Shown here: positions 40,635 to 51,665 of the stretch, in pieces | Numbering within the stretch: position 1 is the stretch's first letter | Layout: the number at the start of each line of letters is the position of its first letter | Assembly: GCA_965178125.1 (NCBI GenBank) | Contig: OZ237743.1 | Coordinates: 620,001-684,000 of the forward strand | Direction of reading: 5' to 3' | Source of the DNA: Bilabrum cf. latius | Lineage: Eukaryota | Length of the DNA stretch: 64,000 nucleotides | Notes under the pieces: model-generated | Told to the model about the DNA's origin: nothing | The model's input: the letters and a program-made list of their open reading frames with translations, nothing else | Database searches by the model: none | Position numbers and translations under genes: made by a program

Positions 40635-41343
40635 GTAGAGTATAGGGGATTTTACTTTTGTTAAAAGTAATTACTTTCCATGAATTGTACAAGAGTCGAA
40701 ATTTCTGACTGGGTTATTCTGTACGTGCAGAGATGGATCGGGAGAGAGTGTTGCTGGGCGCGAACAGATTCTCCTGCGAGTTGCTGTGGATTCCGCAATT
40801 CCTTAATGGATATAATTTACTTCTCTAGGGGTTTCAAACGGGCGAGGGGCGGTCGCGGAGCGCACGTGCGCAGCGCGTGGTTCAGGTCCTCGATACCTCT
40901 CTTTGCACCCCTGATTTATGATCTTTCCGCCATGCCCTCCCTTTCCTGCTTAGCACTAGTATGGTTTGATCTCTTACACATGTGTATAATGTTCAAGGAT
41001 CTAATGCTTTGATCCATTCGCCCCTGAATTGGTCGTGAGGCATCAACCGTGAGGCATTGCTCCGTTCCTATGTAGACCGGAGCACTTTCCTTTGTAGATC
41101 GGAGGTGCCTCACCATTTCCTCGTGCCTCTCCTTGCCAATCAAGAGCAACAATTAAACTTCTACCCAGACCATTATATCATTTACTATACTATCCACCTA
41201 TTGTGTTGCACCCTGCTCTCTAACCTCTTTCCTTAACGAGTGATACCCCTCGCAAATTTCTCACAACTACAAGTGCAATCTGTAACCTTTACTTTTTTGC
41301 ATTTCGTAAAATTGAAACCTTTTTTCTACCATTATAATAGTAT

Positions 41344-42576
41344 ATGAGTTCTACTAACACACTAGTACAAGATATCAAGGCATGGTTAGCCACATAGTAC
41401 CACAATCCCAAGACCTTGGGCAACTACAATCGCGAGTGCAACACCGTTCTCCGCGCCCTACTCCAAAAGATTGGATGCAACCAGGACGCCCCTCTATCCC
41501 AAGAACAAATTGATACCGCCATGAAACAACTCAACAGCACCTATGCTTCGATGCGATGCTACTACGCCCTGCACCACCTAACAGCCTACCTCGGATGCCA
41601 AGGCTGCCAGAGCGAGCGCTTTCACCTGCTATGCAAAACCAAAGGCGAATGGGCGCTCAAGTTTCAATCAGATCGCGAAGAGCAACCCAAAAAGGATCTG
41701 CCTCTCACCCTTTAGCAGGCTCAAGAGCGGTTAGGTGCTGTGGATGCCACTGGGCTCAAGCAGCCCGAGCAGGTGGCACTCTTGTTTCTAACCATCCTCT
41801 ACTACATATCTCCTATCAGACCATCTGCTCTGTGCCAACTTGCCATCAGCACAGATCCAACTTTCCCCAATCGAATCGATCTCGATCGCAAGGTGCTGGT
41901 GGTGGGCAGCGACAAGGGGGTGGTCATTGGCACATCCTAGGAGCGAGATATGCCCATCAACGATCGAGTGGTGGAGATTGCCAGTCTACTATCCGATGAT
42001 ACGCCCTTGTGGAATAGCGGTGCAAAGAATTTCACCAGTCGATTGGTTAAACCTTACAGCCTGAAATGGTTGGAGTGCTACGTTTCACCCCAAAATATCC
42101 GCAAAATCTGGAGCAGTCAAATGGCACGTGGGTTATCACTCGATCAACGCAAAGCACTGTGCAGCGCCATGGGGCATTCAAAGAAAACCCAGAAAACCTA
42201 CTACCAAGAGTACAGAACCAGTGAGGAATAGGAGCATCTAGATGGATGCGATCTACCTGTACTGGGATTGAAATCACCTAAACCTAAACCCAAGATCAAG
42301 ATCAAACCCAAGCAGATCTCACTACCTATAGTGGAAACAAAATCGCCTGAACCTATACTTAAGCCTATTAAACCTAAACATAACAAACAATCCACTCTAC
42401 CTGTGATCGAGATTGAAAGCGATGAAAAAATGAAAACTCAATCTCCTAACAAACCTACTCCACCTGAACCTTCGGTTCTCTTATCTAAACAAGATGGGTT
42501 GTACAACCTACAAATCAATTACAAAGGGTTATCTAGAGATCAATACAAAGCAATCATGGATTTACTTGAAATTTAA
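41344..42576 (+). CDS. Tyrosine recombinase (410 aa)
   Basis: Four track ORFs fused via TAG. SPIRPS (Arg), QNIRKIW (second Arg), AMGHSKKTQKTYY (His/Tyr); Lys/Pro-rich tail; TAA stop. Confidence 0.8.
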
Positions 42577-42938
42577 AAGAGTTCCACATTTTGTGTCTCA
42601 CTTTTTACTTGGTTTAGTACGGATTTAATACAGAAGTTCTGTGTTCCATGTTTTTTTCACAATCTCTCTCAATATTTCATTTTTCACATTTTATGGAATT
42701 TCAAATTTATCATAATATCTGTGGTTGCCAGAAAAAAGAAGGAAACATGGAACATTTCTTTTAATTTCTTTTAAATTATGGAACATAACTTAGAACAAAC
42801 TTAGAACAACTCAAAAAAACTGAGAACACACTTATAATATACTAAATATATTGGATTACTAGAGAGCAATACAAAGCTTAGATATTCTCTATGTACTTAC
42901 ACAGAGAATGCGTGATTTACGATTAAATCCCTACCAAT

Positions 42939-43625
42939 TTACTCGCTCTTGGTACAGATTCTGATTTTGATTTTGATTTTGGGTTTTGCTTTGGATTGCT
43001 GTTCGAGCTGTTGCTGGTGTTGTTGGGATCGGCGATGTCTTACTATGTTAGTACGACAAACAACAGCTCCACATTCGCAAGTGATCTTCTCGCGCTGTCG
43101 CTCGTTAATCTTATCGCGATTGGTTTTGCGGTACTATTTTTTCTGCTCTAGAATTTGATCGCGGTTGGCTTGGCGGTATCGTTTTTTCTATTCGGAAATC
43201 TTGTCGCTATTGAGTTGATTATACCTTTTTTTCTATTCAGCAATCTTATCGCTATTGAGTTGATGGTATTGTTTGGTATATTGTCTGCGCCATTCTTTCT
43301 ATGTATGTGCAATAATACCCGATGGAGTACACTAATTTATGCAAGGATTGTTTTTAATGTAGTATGCTTCACGCAGTAGGAGTTCCTGTTTTGTTGAACA
43401 CGGGTAATTTTCTACCAATTTGATCGCTACTTTATCAAATCCACGTTCTAACAACTTGAATGAGGAGTAGTTGTTCGTCTTGCCGTGTTGCCATTGTTTA
43501 AAGTGATCTTTGTGCCCATTCAATCTCCTGTTTAATGTCTTGACGGTACTGCCATAGTATGGCAATAGTACTGGTGATTCGGTACTGTAAATCATATAAA
43601 TTTTTCCTTTTGAATAATCTGGCAT
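42939..43625 (-). CDS. GIY-YIG endonuclease with basic 14-aa repeats and C-terminal Zn finger (228 aa)
   Basis: GKIYMIY...YYGST...RLNGH, ELLLREAYYI; read-through gives repeats and ITCECG...RHRRSQQH. Confidence 0.88.
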
Positions 43626-43671
43626 TACAAATTCAAAAAGTAAATCATTTTTATCTTTGGACTGACTATAG

Positions 43672-44418
43672 ATGAATCTTAAAGATCAACCAAAACTAAA
43701 AATATTGGAGCTGTTTTGCGGGACGAAGTCAATCAGCAAAGCATTGCATAAACTACTTGGTAATAGAGTGGAAATCACATCACTCGATATCGAATCAAAA
43801 TATAAACCCACCATCTGCACTGATATTATGCAATGGGATTATAAACAAGCATTCCCTGTTGGATGCTTCGACTTTCTTTGGGCATCTCCGCCGTGTACCT
43901 TTTACTCACAAGGAAAGCACATGCTCAGAGATAAAAGCAAACTCGAAGCCCAAAGATAGGAATCAGATAAGATCGTACAACGAGTGTTGCATATAATTGA
44001 TTTTTACAAACCCAAATGCTTTCTAATAGAGAACCCCTAGACTGGTGAGCTTAAAAACCGCGATGTAATTCGTGGCATACCTTTTGTTGATGCCACATAC
44101 TGTATGTACGGCTATGTGTACTCAAAGAAAACTAGATTCTGGGGCAATCAGGCTTTGATCGATCAACTTCATCTCAAAGTTTGCAACAAAAACGACCATT
44201 GCCAACACTCATCCATCACCAACAAAGGTAACCTAAAACACCATTACTCAATCGCATCTGGACCATCCAAAGGATACCGATCTCAAAAAGTTATGTGGAA
44301 CCTGATGCGGTAGATTACTCAAATGCACACTCAATCTACCACTGAGATCCTCTTTTCTATACCCCCCGATTTAACCGAAACCCTAATGAAAACTGTTATC
44401 GATTTAGTGAATTCTTAA
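43672..44418 (+). CDS. DNA cytosine-5 methyltransferase (248 aa)
   Basis: ILELFCGT (motif I), WASPPC (IV), LIENP*TG (VI), YCMYG...KKTRFW; three in-frame TAG. Confidence 0.88.
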
Positions 44419-44519
44419 AATAATTCCATTTTTTACCTTTAATCCCGTACTAAATTGATACGGATTAAATGCAAAATAATATCTGGCTAGATACTCACAC
44501 AGAGAAAATCCTGTTTTCA

Positions 44520-44681
44520 TTATCTTAGCCCAAACTTCTTGCATAATCTCTTGATCTCGGTACGGATCGCTTTGGGAGCACTAGTCTCAGCCCACCACTG
44601 GTTCAAGAAGGTTATCTCTTCAGTGTTTAACTTTCCTTTGGTAGTTTTCTTATCAAACAAGGCACTCTACTCTATTGGCAT
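44520..44681 (-). CDS. Small hypothetical protein (53 aa)
   Basis: ATG..TAA with one TAG; start context TAGGGTATATG resembles that of the recombinase. Confidence 0.3.
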
Positions 44682-44728
44682 ATACCCTACTATAGACTAC
44701 CATCCTTAAATCGTTTCTAAAAAATCGA

Positions 44729-45019
44729 TTATGTAGTATGCATAATCATCTTGGATAAAAGGCTTTTGTATTCATCCATTGATACCCATTTCATTGGTTT
44801 GCGAATTGGAAAGTATTCCCCCTCTTCTAGCTTATCCACTTTGTAAATCTTATGCAGTGAACTATTTTTATAGTATTTACCCTATTTAATTGATTTTAGA
44901 GTTGCTACACTAATTTTTAACTCAGGATACTTTTCCTTAATCAACTCAACCCCCATCTGAGCATTTCGAACTATGTATTGATCCCCCTTTATACTCAACT
45001 TAAAATTATGATTTACCAT
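44729..45019 (-). CDS. Hypothetical protein (96 aa)
   Basis: ATG..TAA with one TAG; upstream AAAATGATTTAAA motif. Confidence 0.6.
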
Positions 45020-45228
45020 CTTACTATATAATATCAAAAAATGTTTAAATCATTTTCCGAAATTCGATGATGATTCATTTATTTGGTTATGATCAGAAAA
45101 AAACGAAAAAATGTACAGAATAATCGCAAAATGTCAAAAATGAGAGATTTTGAGATTACCGTTACTGAAAAAAAAAAATTATTAAAAAAAAAACTCCTAA
45201 GGGCAACTCAAAATCTCTAACCAAATAT

Positions 45229-45338
45229 TCCTATCATAAACCAAGTATTTCCTATCATAAAAACTCTAAATTCCTATCATACTTCTGATCATAAAAATTA
45301 CTTACTACCAAATAATCCTATCATAAATCTTATCATAA
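45229..45338. repeat. Iteron-like TCCTATCATA repeats
   Basis: Exact copies start at 45229, 45250, 45272 and 45316, plus variants at ~45285 and ~45329. Confidence 0.85.
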
Positions 45339-45429
45339 CCAAATAAAATAATATAACCAGAATTGATTCTACATTATATATTCGATTTTATAAAAATGAA
45401 TTAAAACAATTTCTATGATTATAATATAA

Positions 45430-47925
45430 ATGAATACGATCCAATCTGATTTGATGTTAAAACAATTAGTGCCTTGCGAAACTACAGGATTCAAAGTAAA
45501 AACCAAGATGAAATTTCCAATGGAAAAGGTCGAACTAGTTAAAAAGTACCTCAAGTTTATCATGCCCAAAATCATTCACACCTCAACCAAACAATAGGAT
45601 GTTCAAGCACAAACAACTATGGTTGCTAACGCATGTAACTAGTGGCTTTCGGGATCAAAAGATAGTTCGATTCCTCTTACTTTCCATGTTAAAAACAACT
45701 TCGGCAGACTGGTCTCCAAAAAAGTAATAACTCCTGTTCAAATTATTCGTGGCATTCGGCACTATTTGTTTGAAAACCTATACACCGATCTCGATATTGC
45801 CAATGCCCACATTGAGTTTGCTTTCCAATTATACCCTGTTTTAATGGGTGGAGTTGTTCCTAAAGGCATTGAGTACATTGTTAAGAATCGCAAAGCCATC
45901 TTTCAACCATTCATGGATGAACACAAACTAACCAAGGATCAATGCAAAACTTTCGTATTTACTGTTTGTTATAAAGGTTCACTGGAAAAAACCCTTAGAA
46001 AACTTGGATTTGGTGGAGTTGCCGATCTCAAAAAAAATAGCCGATGGGCATACAATAGAATTTAGGAAGCGGCTTCCGAGTTTGAAACCCTTGCCAAGGC
46101 GGTTAAACAGCACATGGGTGATACTTGGAAAATTGTTCATTGTTCTGATAAATCCATTCAACAAAATAGATAGGATGTGAGCAAGTTTAGCATTGTGATG
46201 CAACACATTGAACACAAAATCACACTTGTGATTGCCGATTTCTTAAAACGCAAATATAATCTCGATGTTGCGGATTTCCAATTCGATGGTGTGTTTGTTG
46301 ATAGCATGAATCATAAACTAATCGAATCAATTATTCCTGAAATCGAATAGCACATTACCAAAATTACTGGTTTTAAACTCAAATTAACCGTTAAACCAAT
46401 CGATGGCACTATGGTTCGAGAAATCGTAGAAAAACTACAAACCGAAATCAGTGATGATTCCCCCGAGTTATTAGAAGGATCTGAAGTGGATAGCGATTTA
46501 GAGGCATCCGAAGTGTTTTGGAAAATCTACAAGAATCAAGTCGTAATTACCGAATCATCTATCTATTGTCTCGATAAATCCACACATCTCTACCAGCACT
46601 ACAGCAAATTCAATAAATTTCACCCTCTTTTTAATATGGTTCAAACCCTACGCTTAACTCGTAACAACAAACCTTACTCAGCCAACAACACGAACGCCAA
46701 AAACATTGTTGCCACCATTCTGGGAGATACCTCATTAATTGTCAATGATGTTGAATTTATCGATCAGATCAATCAATCCACCAAAGGATTACTGTTTTTT
46801 ACCGATAAAGTATGGAATTTCGCCACTCAAAAATTCGAGGAGTTTGAAAACCGATTTACACTATGTAACACTGGATACCCTGCTCCTATAGATGCATTTA
46901 AACAACTAAATATTGAAAAGGATAACTACCAATCAATCCAGTACCTCAAGAAAACCATTTTTAACGCCTTCGAAACCCAAGAAGAGGTTGATTACAACTT
47001 ATTTATTTTAGCACGAGCTCTTGCCGGACATGTTGAGGATAAATATTTTTCCTGTTGGGTTGGTGAGCGCGATTGTGGTAAGGGCACATTTATGGATATC
47101 ATCAAGTGTGCCATTGGAAACTATGCAAGGGATTCAGTTCCTCCTATTTGCTCTGATGTTTCCAACAGTGATGTTGCCCAACGAAACAGATTTGCTGTAA
47201 CGAGCAAGATAAATACTGGTAGATTGTGTTTTACCAATGAAGCAGGGATTGCCAAAAAATCCAATTCAACCATTACCTTGGATGGTGAGGTAATTAAGAG
47301 TGTGGTTGCAAGTGGCGGTGATGTTTTCTAGACTCGTAGAATGTTTGAAAACGAACAATCAATGAAAAACAACTGCACCTTTTTCATGCTGTTTAACTCT
47401 TATCCAAAAGCCAATCCATACGATGCCTTTCAAACTTGTTTGCCTGTTATTTTTCCAAAGAAATTCAGCAAGAAAGATCCGGATGTGGTTGGATAGGAGG
47501 ATTGCATCACAGATCTAAGAGAAAAAATTAGATAGCCTGAAATCTATATTGCGTTCTTATGGTGTTTGTTACACGCTTACAAACCCATTCCGGCACGTAA
47601 ATATCCTCGACCAGAATCCTTTTCTAAATCGATAATTGAGGTTGATTCTAAACCCTCTACTCGATTTGAAGTGTTTAAAAAATGCTTTCACAGAGATGAA
47701 TCATCCGTCTTGTCTTGGAACGAAATACGGGAAGTATTTGATCAATACATTAAAATCTCTCCATAGGCACTCCGTAAATTCCTAGAAAAACAAAAGTGCT
47801 CTATTCTTAGAACCTCTTACAAAGGTAAAACCCTTAAAATAGTCAAAGGAGTTGAGTTACGGGATCAATCCGAACCACAAGATGAAGTTAAACAGAGTTC
47901 CGCCCCCCGCTACGGTAATAAATAA
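45430..47925 (+). CDS. TVpol (PolA-like primase-polymerase) fused to D5-like SF3 helicase (831 aa)
   Basis: FGRL...IRHYLF...YTDLDIANAH, KTFVFTVCYKG, QHIE, FQFDGVF, then GERDCGKGT, FTNE, GGDVF*TR; at least nine in-frame TAG; TAA stop. Confidence 0.85.
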
Positions 47926-48072
47926 ATTTATTCCCTTCGGTTAAGGAAACAAGTTTCAATAATTACGTTCAGTCAGAGCTAAAGCTCTTCCCTCTCTCCA
48001 TTCCTTTTCTCGCTAGTCGCTCCAAAAGTCAAGGTGAGCCTCTTCATACTGCTACTTCATATAACTGCTTTA

Positions 48073-48265
48073 TCCTTCTAATTATAGAAAATCAATTATA
48101 TATAAAACTCTATACGATGACCATATCCACAAATTGCGTATTAGTATATGTATTATTTAGCAAAACGTGGATGTAGCCCTCTTGTGAAGGTGTTATGGGA
48201 CTCTAGCCATTTTCTAGCCAAAAGTTCCATCACTTTATGGGACTCCATTATTCAACCTTCTAAAC
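48073..48265 (+). repeat. Dispersed non-coding repeat, copy 1
   Basis: Core ATACGATG.C.ATATCCACAAATTGCGTA...TAGCAAAACGTGGATG...AAAAGTTCCATC, shared with ~58696-58910 and (inverted) ~63195-63406. Confidence 0.9.
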
Positions 48266-48346
48266 TACCTTCATTATACCCCCTTATCCTCGCTTATACC
48301 TTCACAAATGGAACAAACGCGCTTTTATTTTTAAAATGTTATAGAG

Positions 48347-48364
48347 CGTTTAAATTGACTTAAA
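48347..48364 (+). promoter_or_regulatory. Putative early promoter GTTTAAAWTGACTTAAA; other copies at 49457, 61941 and 62546
   Basis: Four copies, each ending 29-30 nt before an ATG. Confidence 0.7.
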
Positions 48365-48392
48365 AAATATATTTATTATAGGTATATACAGA

Positions 48393-49412
48393 ATGGAATT
48401 ATTAAAATGGGAAAATGGAACCTTGAAAGCTACACAACCAAAAGAATATTATGAACGAAATGGATTTTAGGTTAATTTTGAAGGGAAAACCTATCATATA
48501 GCAATGGATAAAGATTATATAAGATGGTTTTTGAAGGACTATAAACCTTATGAAATAATAACAACATTCATAACAGATATGAGTGAAGTATTCAATGGAT
48601 AGGATAAATTTAATGAACCTTTGAATACTTGGGATGTTTCAAATGTTAAGGATATGAGTTTAATGTTTCAAAGTTGTAGAAGCTTTAATCAACCATTGAG
48701 CAATTGGGATGTTTCTAAGGTTGAAAAAATGTCGTCTATGTTCTATTTTTGTTCTAAATTCAATCAATCATTGAACGATTGGAATGTTAGTAATGTTAGG
48801 GATATGAGTGGTATGTTTGGTTCTTGTTCAAGATTCAATCAATCATTAACAAACTGGAATGTTTCTAACGTTGAAAATATGTCCTCTATGTTTAATGGAT
48901 GTTGGAACTTCAATCAACCATTAAATAATTGGGATGTTTCTAAGGTTGAAAAAATGTCGTCTATGTTCTATCATTCTGAATTCAATCAATCATTGAACGA
49001 TTGGAATGTTAGTAATGTTAGGGATATGAGTGGTATGTTTGGTTCTTGTTCAAGATTCAATCAACCATTGGGTAATTGGGATGTTTCTAACGTTGAATAT
49101 ATATCCTCTATGTTTAATGGATGTTAGAACTTCAATCAACCATTGGATAATTGGGATGTTTCCAATGTCTAGAGTAAGTTTTAGATGTTAAAAGATTGTG
49201 AAAGTTTCAATCATTTAGAGAACGGTATTAAGGGTATAAGAATTGATTATTCTACAACATTGATACCGTTGTTAGAAAGACGAAAACATAAAACCATTAA
49301 AAAAACAAAGAAATATAGAGAGGAATTAATTGCTAAAGCGTGGCACCCTTCAAGATTAGATTGGGTATTGGATAACGAGGAGCGAGACGAGATAGAGGAT
49401 AATTTTAATTAA
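48393..49412 (+). CDS. DUF285/BspA-like repeat protein 1 (339 aa)
   Basis: About 25-aa repeats WDVSNVxDMSxMFxxCxxFNQPLxx; C-terminal EELIAKAWHPSR; TAG read-through. Confidence 0.9.
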
Positions 49413-49501
49413 TAGAATTTTAATAATATTAATGATTATTTAATATTATAGTGTGAGTTTAAAAAGGCTTAAATAATATATTTATTATAGGTATATACAG
49501 A

Positions 49502-50299
49502 ATGGAAGTTTTAAAATGGGAAAATGGAACCTTGAAAGCTACAAAACCAAAAGAATATTATTTTAGAAAAGATAATTATATTGTGAAATTTGAAGGTAAA
49601 ACATATTACGTAGCTAAAGATACAGATTTTCTTCTTCACGCATTGTAGTTTTTGAAACCTGAATTATTAGTAACAACATTTATTACGAATATGTTAAACC
49701 TATTTGATAATATGATAATTGAATCACCAATAAATTCATGGGATGTTTCAAATGTTAAAGATATGACCGATATGTTTTATGGGTGTCATTCGTTTAATCA
49801 ACCTTTAAATAACTGGGATGTTTCAAATGTTGAAGATATGGGCGGTATGTTTAATGAGTGTCATTCGTTTAACCAACCATTGAATAATTGGAATGTTTCA
49901 AATGTTGAAGATATGAGTGAAATGTTTAATGATTGCCATTCATTTAACCAACCATTGAATAATTGGAACGTTTCAAATGTTAAAGATATGTGCGGAATGT
50001 TTTATGATTGCCATTCACTAAATCAACCTTTAAATAACTGGGATGTTTCAAATGTTGTAGATATGGAATGTATGTTTTCTAATTGTTTTAGTTTTAATCA
50101 TTTGGAGAATGGAATTAAGGATGAACGAATTGATTATTCCACGACATTAATCCCATCATTAGAAGAGCGGAAAGATGAAACAATTGAACAAACTAAAAAA
50201 ATCAAAGAAGAATTAATTTCTAGAGCGTGGCACCCTTCAAGATTAGATTGGGTATTGGATAACGAGGAGCGAGACGAGATAGAGGATAATTTTAATTAA
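49502..50299 (+). CDS. DUF285/BspA-like repeat protein 2 (265 aa), paralogue of the previous gene
   Basis: Same repeats; near-identical N-terminus and identical last ~75 nt. Confidence 0.9.
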
Positions 50300-50340
50300 G
50301 TTTTATTATAATAATTATTTTATTTTTAATTATTATAGAT

Positions 50341-50688
50341 ATGGTTTATATTGTATCATTAGCGTGGGGTAGTGAATGTTATCATACACACTGGGTTAAA
50401 AAGTTTAATAATAAGGAAGAAGCACAAAAGCTTTATACTGACACTTTAAAAGACCAAGCGAAGAGAGTTGTATGGAGTGATAATTGGAAAGAAGAATATA
50501 AAAAGGAAGCAGAAGGTCAAGTTGAAAGTTTTAATGATGACAACGGAACCGATTTCAAACTATTGAAAGAAGAAGAAATTGATAACCTTACTAATAGTGA
50601 ATTAGAAGAGTATATAGAATTATCGTTGATGTATGCTGAAGAATATGATGATTCAAATGAATGGTTTGATATTGAGTTTTTAGAATAA
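50341..50688 (+). CDS. Acidic hypothetical protein (115 aa)
   Basis: Clean ATG..TAA ORF flanked by AT-rich spacers. Confidence 0.75.
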   Translation: MVYIVSLAWGSECYHTHWVKKFNNKEEAQKLYTDTLKDQAKRVVWSDNWKEEYKKEAEGQVESFNDDNGTDFKLLKEEEIDNLTNSELEEYIELSLMYAEEYDDSNEWFDIEFLE

Positions 50689-50735
50689 ATTTTTGAATTT
50701 TAATAATACTATTATTATTATTATTAATATATAGT

Positions 50736-51152
50736 TTAATCCTTGGGTAAGATAAAGTCATCTATAGCCTTTTTGATGATGTCATCCTTCTATTTCTTTA
50801 TTGATTTCTCAATGGCTTCCTTCTCTTTTTTAACCAATAAATCTATGGCTACGGTATCATTTAAGTCTTCACTTAGGCATTCAACATTTTCTTCATTTAG
50901 CTTGTGTATTATTCTAAATGGTTGAACGAAATATGATATATAATCAATTTCTTCAAATTCACTTAATACTCTTTTTTTAAGTCGTTCATTACAATCTGGA
51001 GGGACACGAAGGTCATCAAGTTGAAAATGCTTTAACATTGATGGTTTGTGCTTCTCAACATAAATATATACGATTGACATAAAAGTGGAGATGCTTTTAT
51101 TCTGGAATACCTTTTTAACGTTGACACTTGATAACAGGAACTTAACGAACAT
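50736..51152 (-). CDS. Hypothetical protein (138 aa)
   Basis: Track ORF extended through TAG 50790 to TAA 50736. Confidence 0.7.
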
Positions 51153-51253
51153 ATTATAATGTAGCCCAATATTTTATTTTAATTTATTAAACCCGTTTTA
51201 TAAAATTCTATAGTTTAAAAAAAATAAAAAAAATATCTAGTAATTATATATAA

Positions 51254-51625
51254 ATGGATAAATTACAAAAAGTGATTAATACCCGCTCAAAGTTAAAGAA
51301 TGAATTTCTTGATATTGTAGAAGACTTTAAGAAGACCAATCGTGAATTAGAACAAAAGTTAAAGCAACTAAAAATAAAAGAGACAGAATTAAAAAATAAA
51401 GTGAATAGTAAATTAACCGCTCTTAATGTGGAATATAAAGAGGTGAGCAAAAAGAAAGCAGAAGCTATAGCCCCTTATATGAAAACTTTAAAAGCATTAA
51501 AAGGAAGGATGAACGGACTCACTAAGAAAGAAAAATTAAAGCTGGTTGATATCCATTAGGAGATAAGAGACACCAAGGAGCACATTAAAACGAATGAAGC
51601 TATTAATAGGCTTTTTAATTCGTGA
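51254..51625 (+). CDS. Coiled-coil hypothetical protein (123 aa)
   Basis: Lys/Glu/Leu heptad-like pattern; extends through TAG 51557 to TGA. Confidence 0.7.
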
Positions 51626-51665
51626 ATAATTAATTTATAAATATTAAAATCAATTAATATATATA

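Noticed and set aside
40635-41340. ORFs 40680..41012 and 40916..41152 in the left terminal region
   Set aside because: No recognisable motifs, and frames are closed by TAA/TGA; more likely a non-coding terminus whose partner is not in the window.
49125-49127. TAG opposite TGG in the duplicated DUF285 block, hinting at TAG=Trp
   Set aside because: This repeat position is variable (R, S, W, H), and several independent conserved sites point to Gln.
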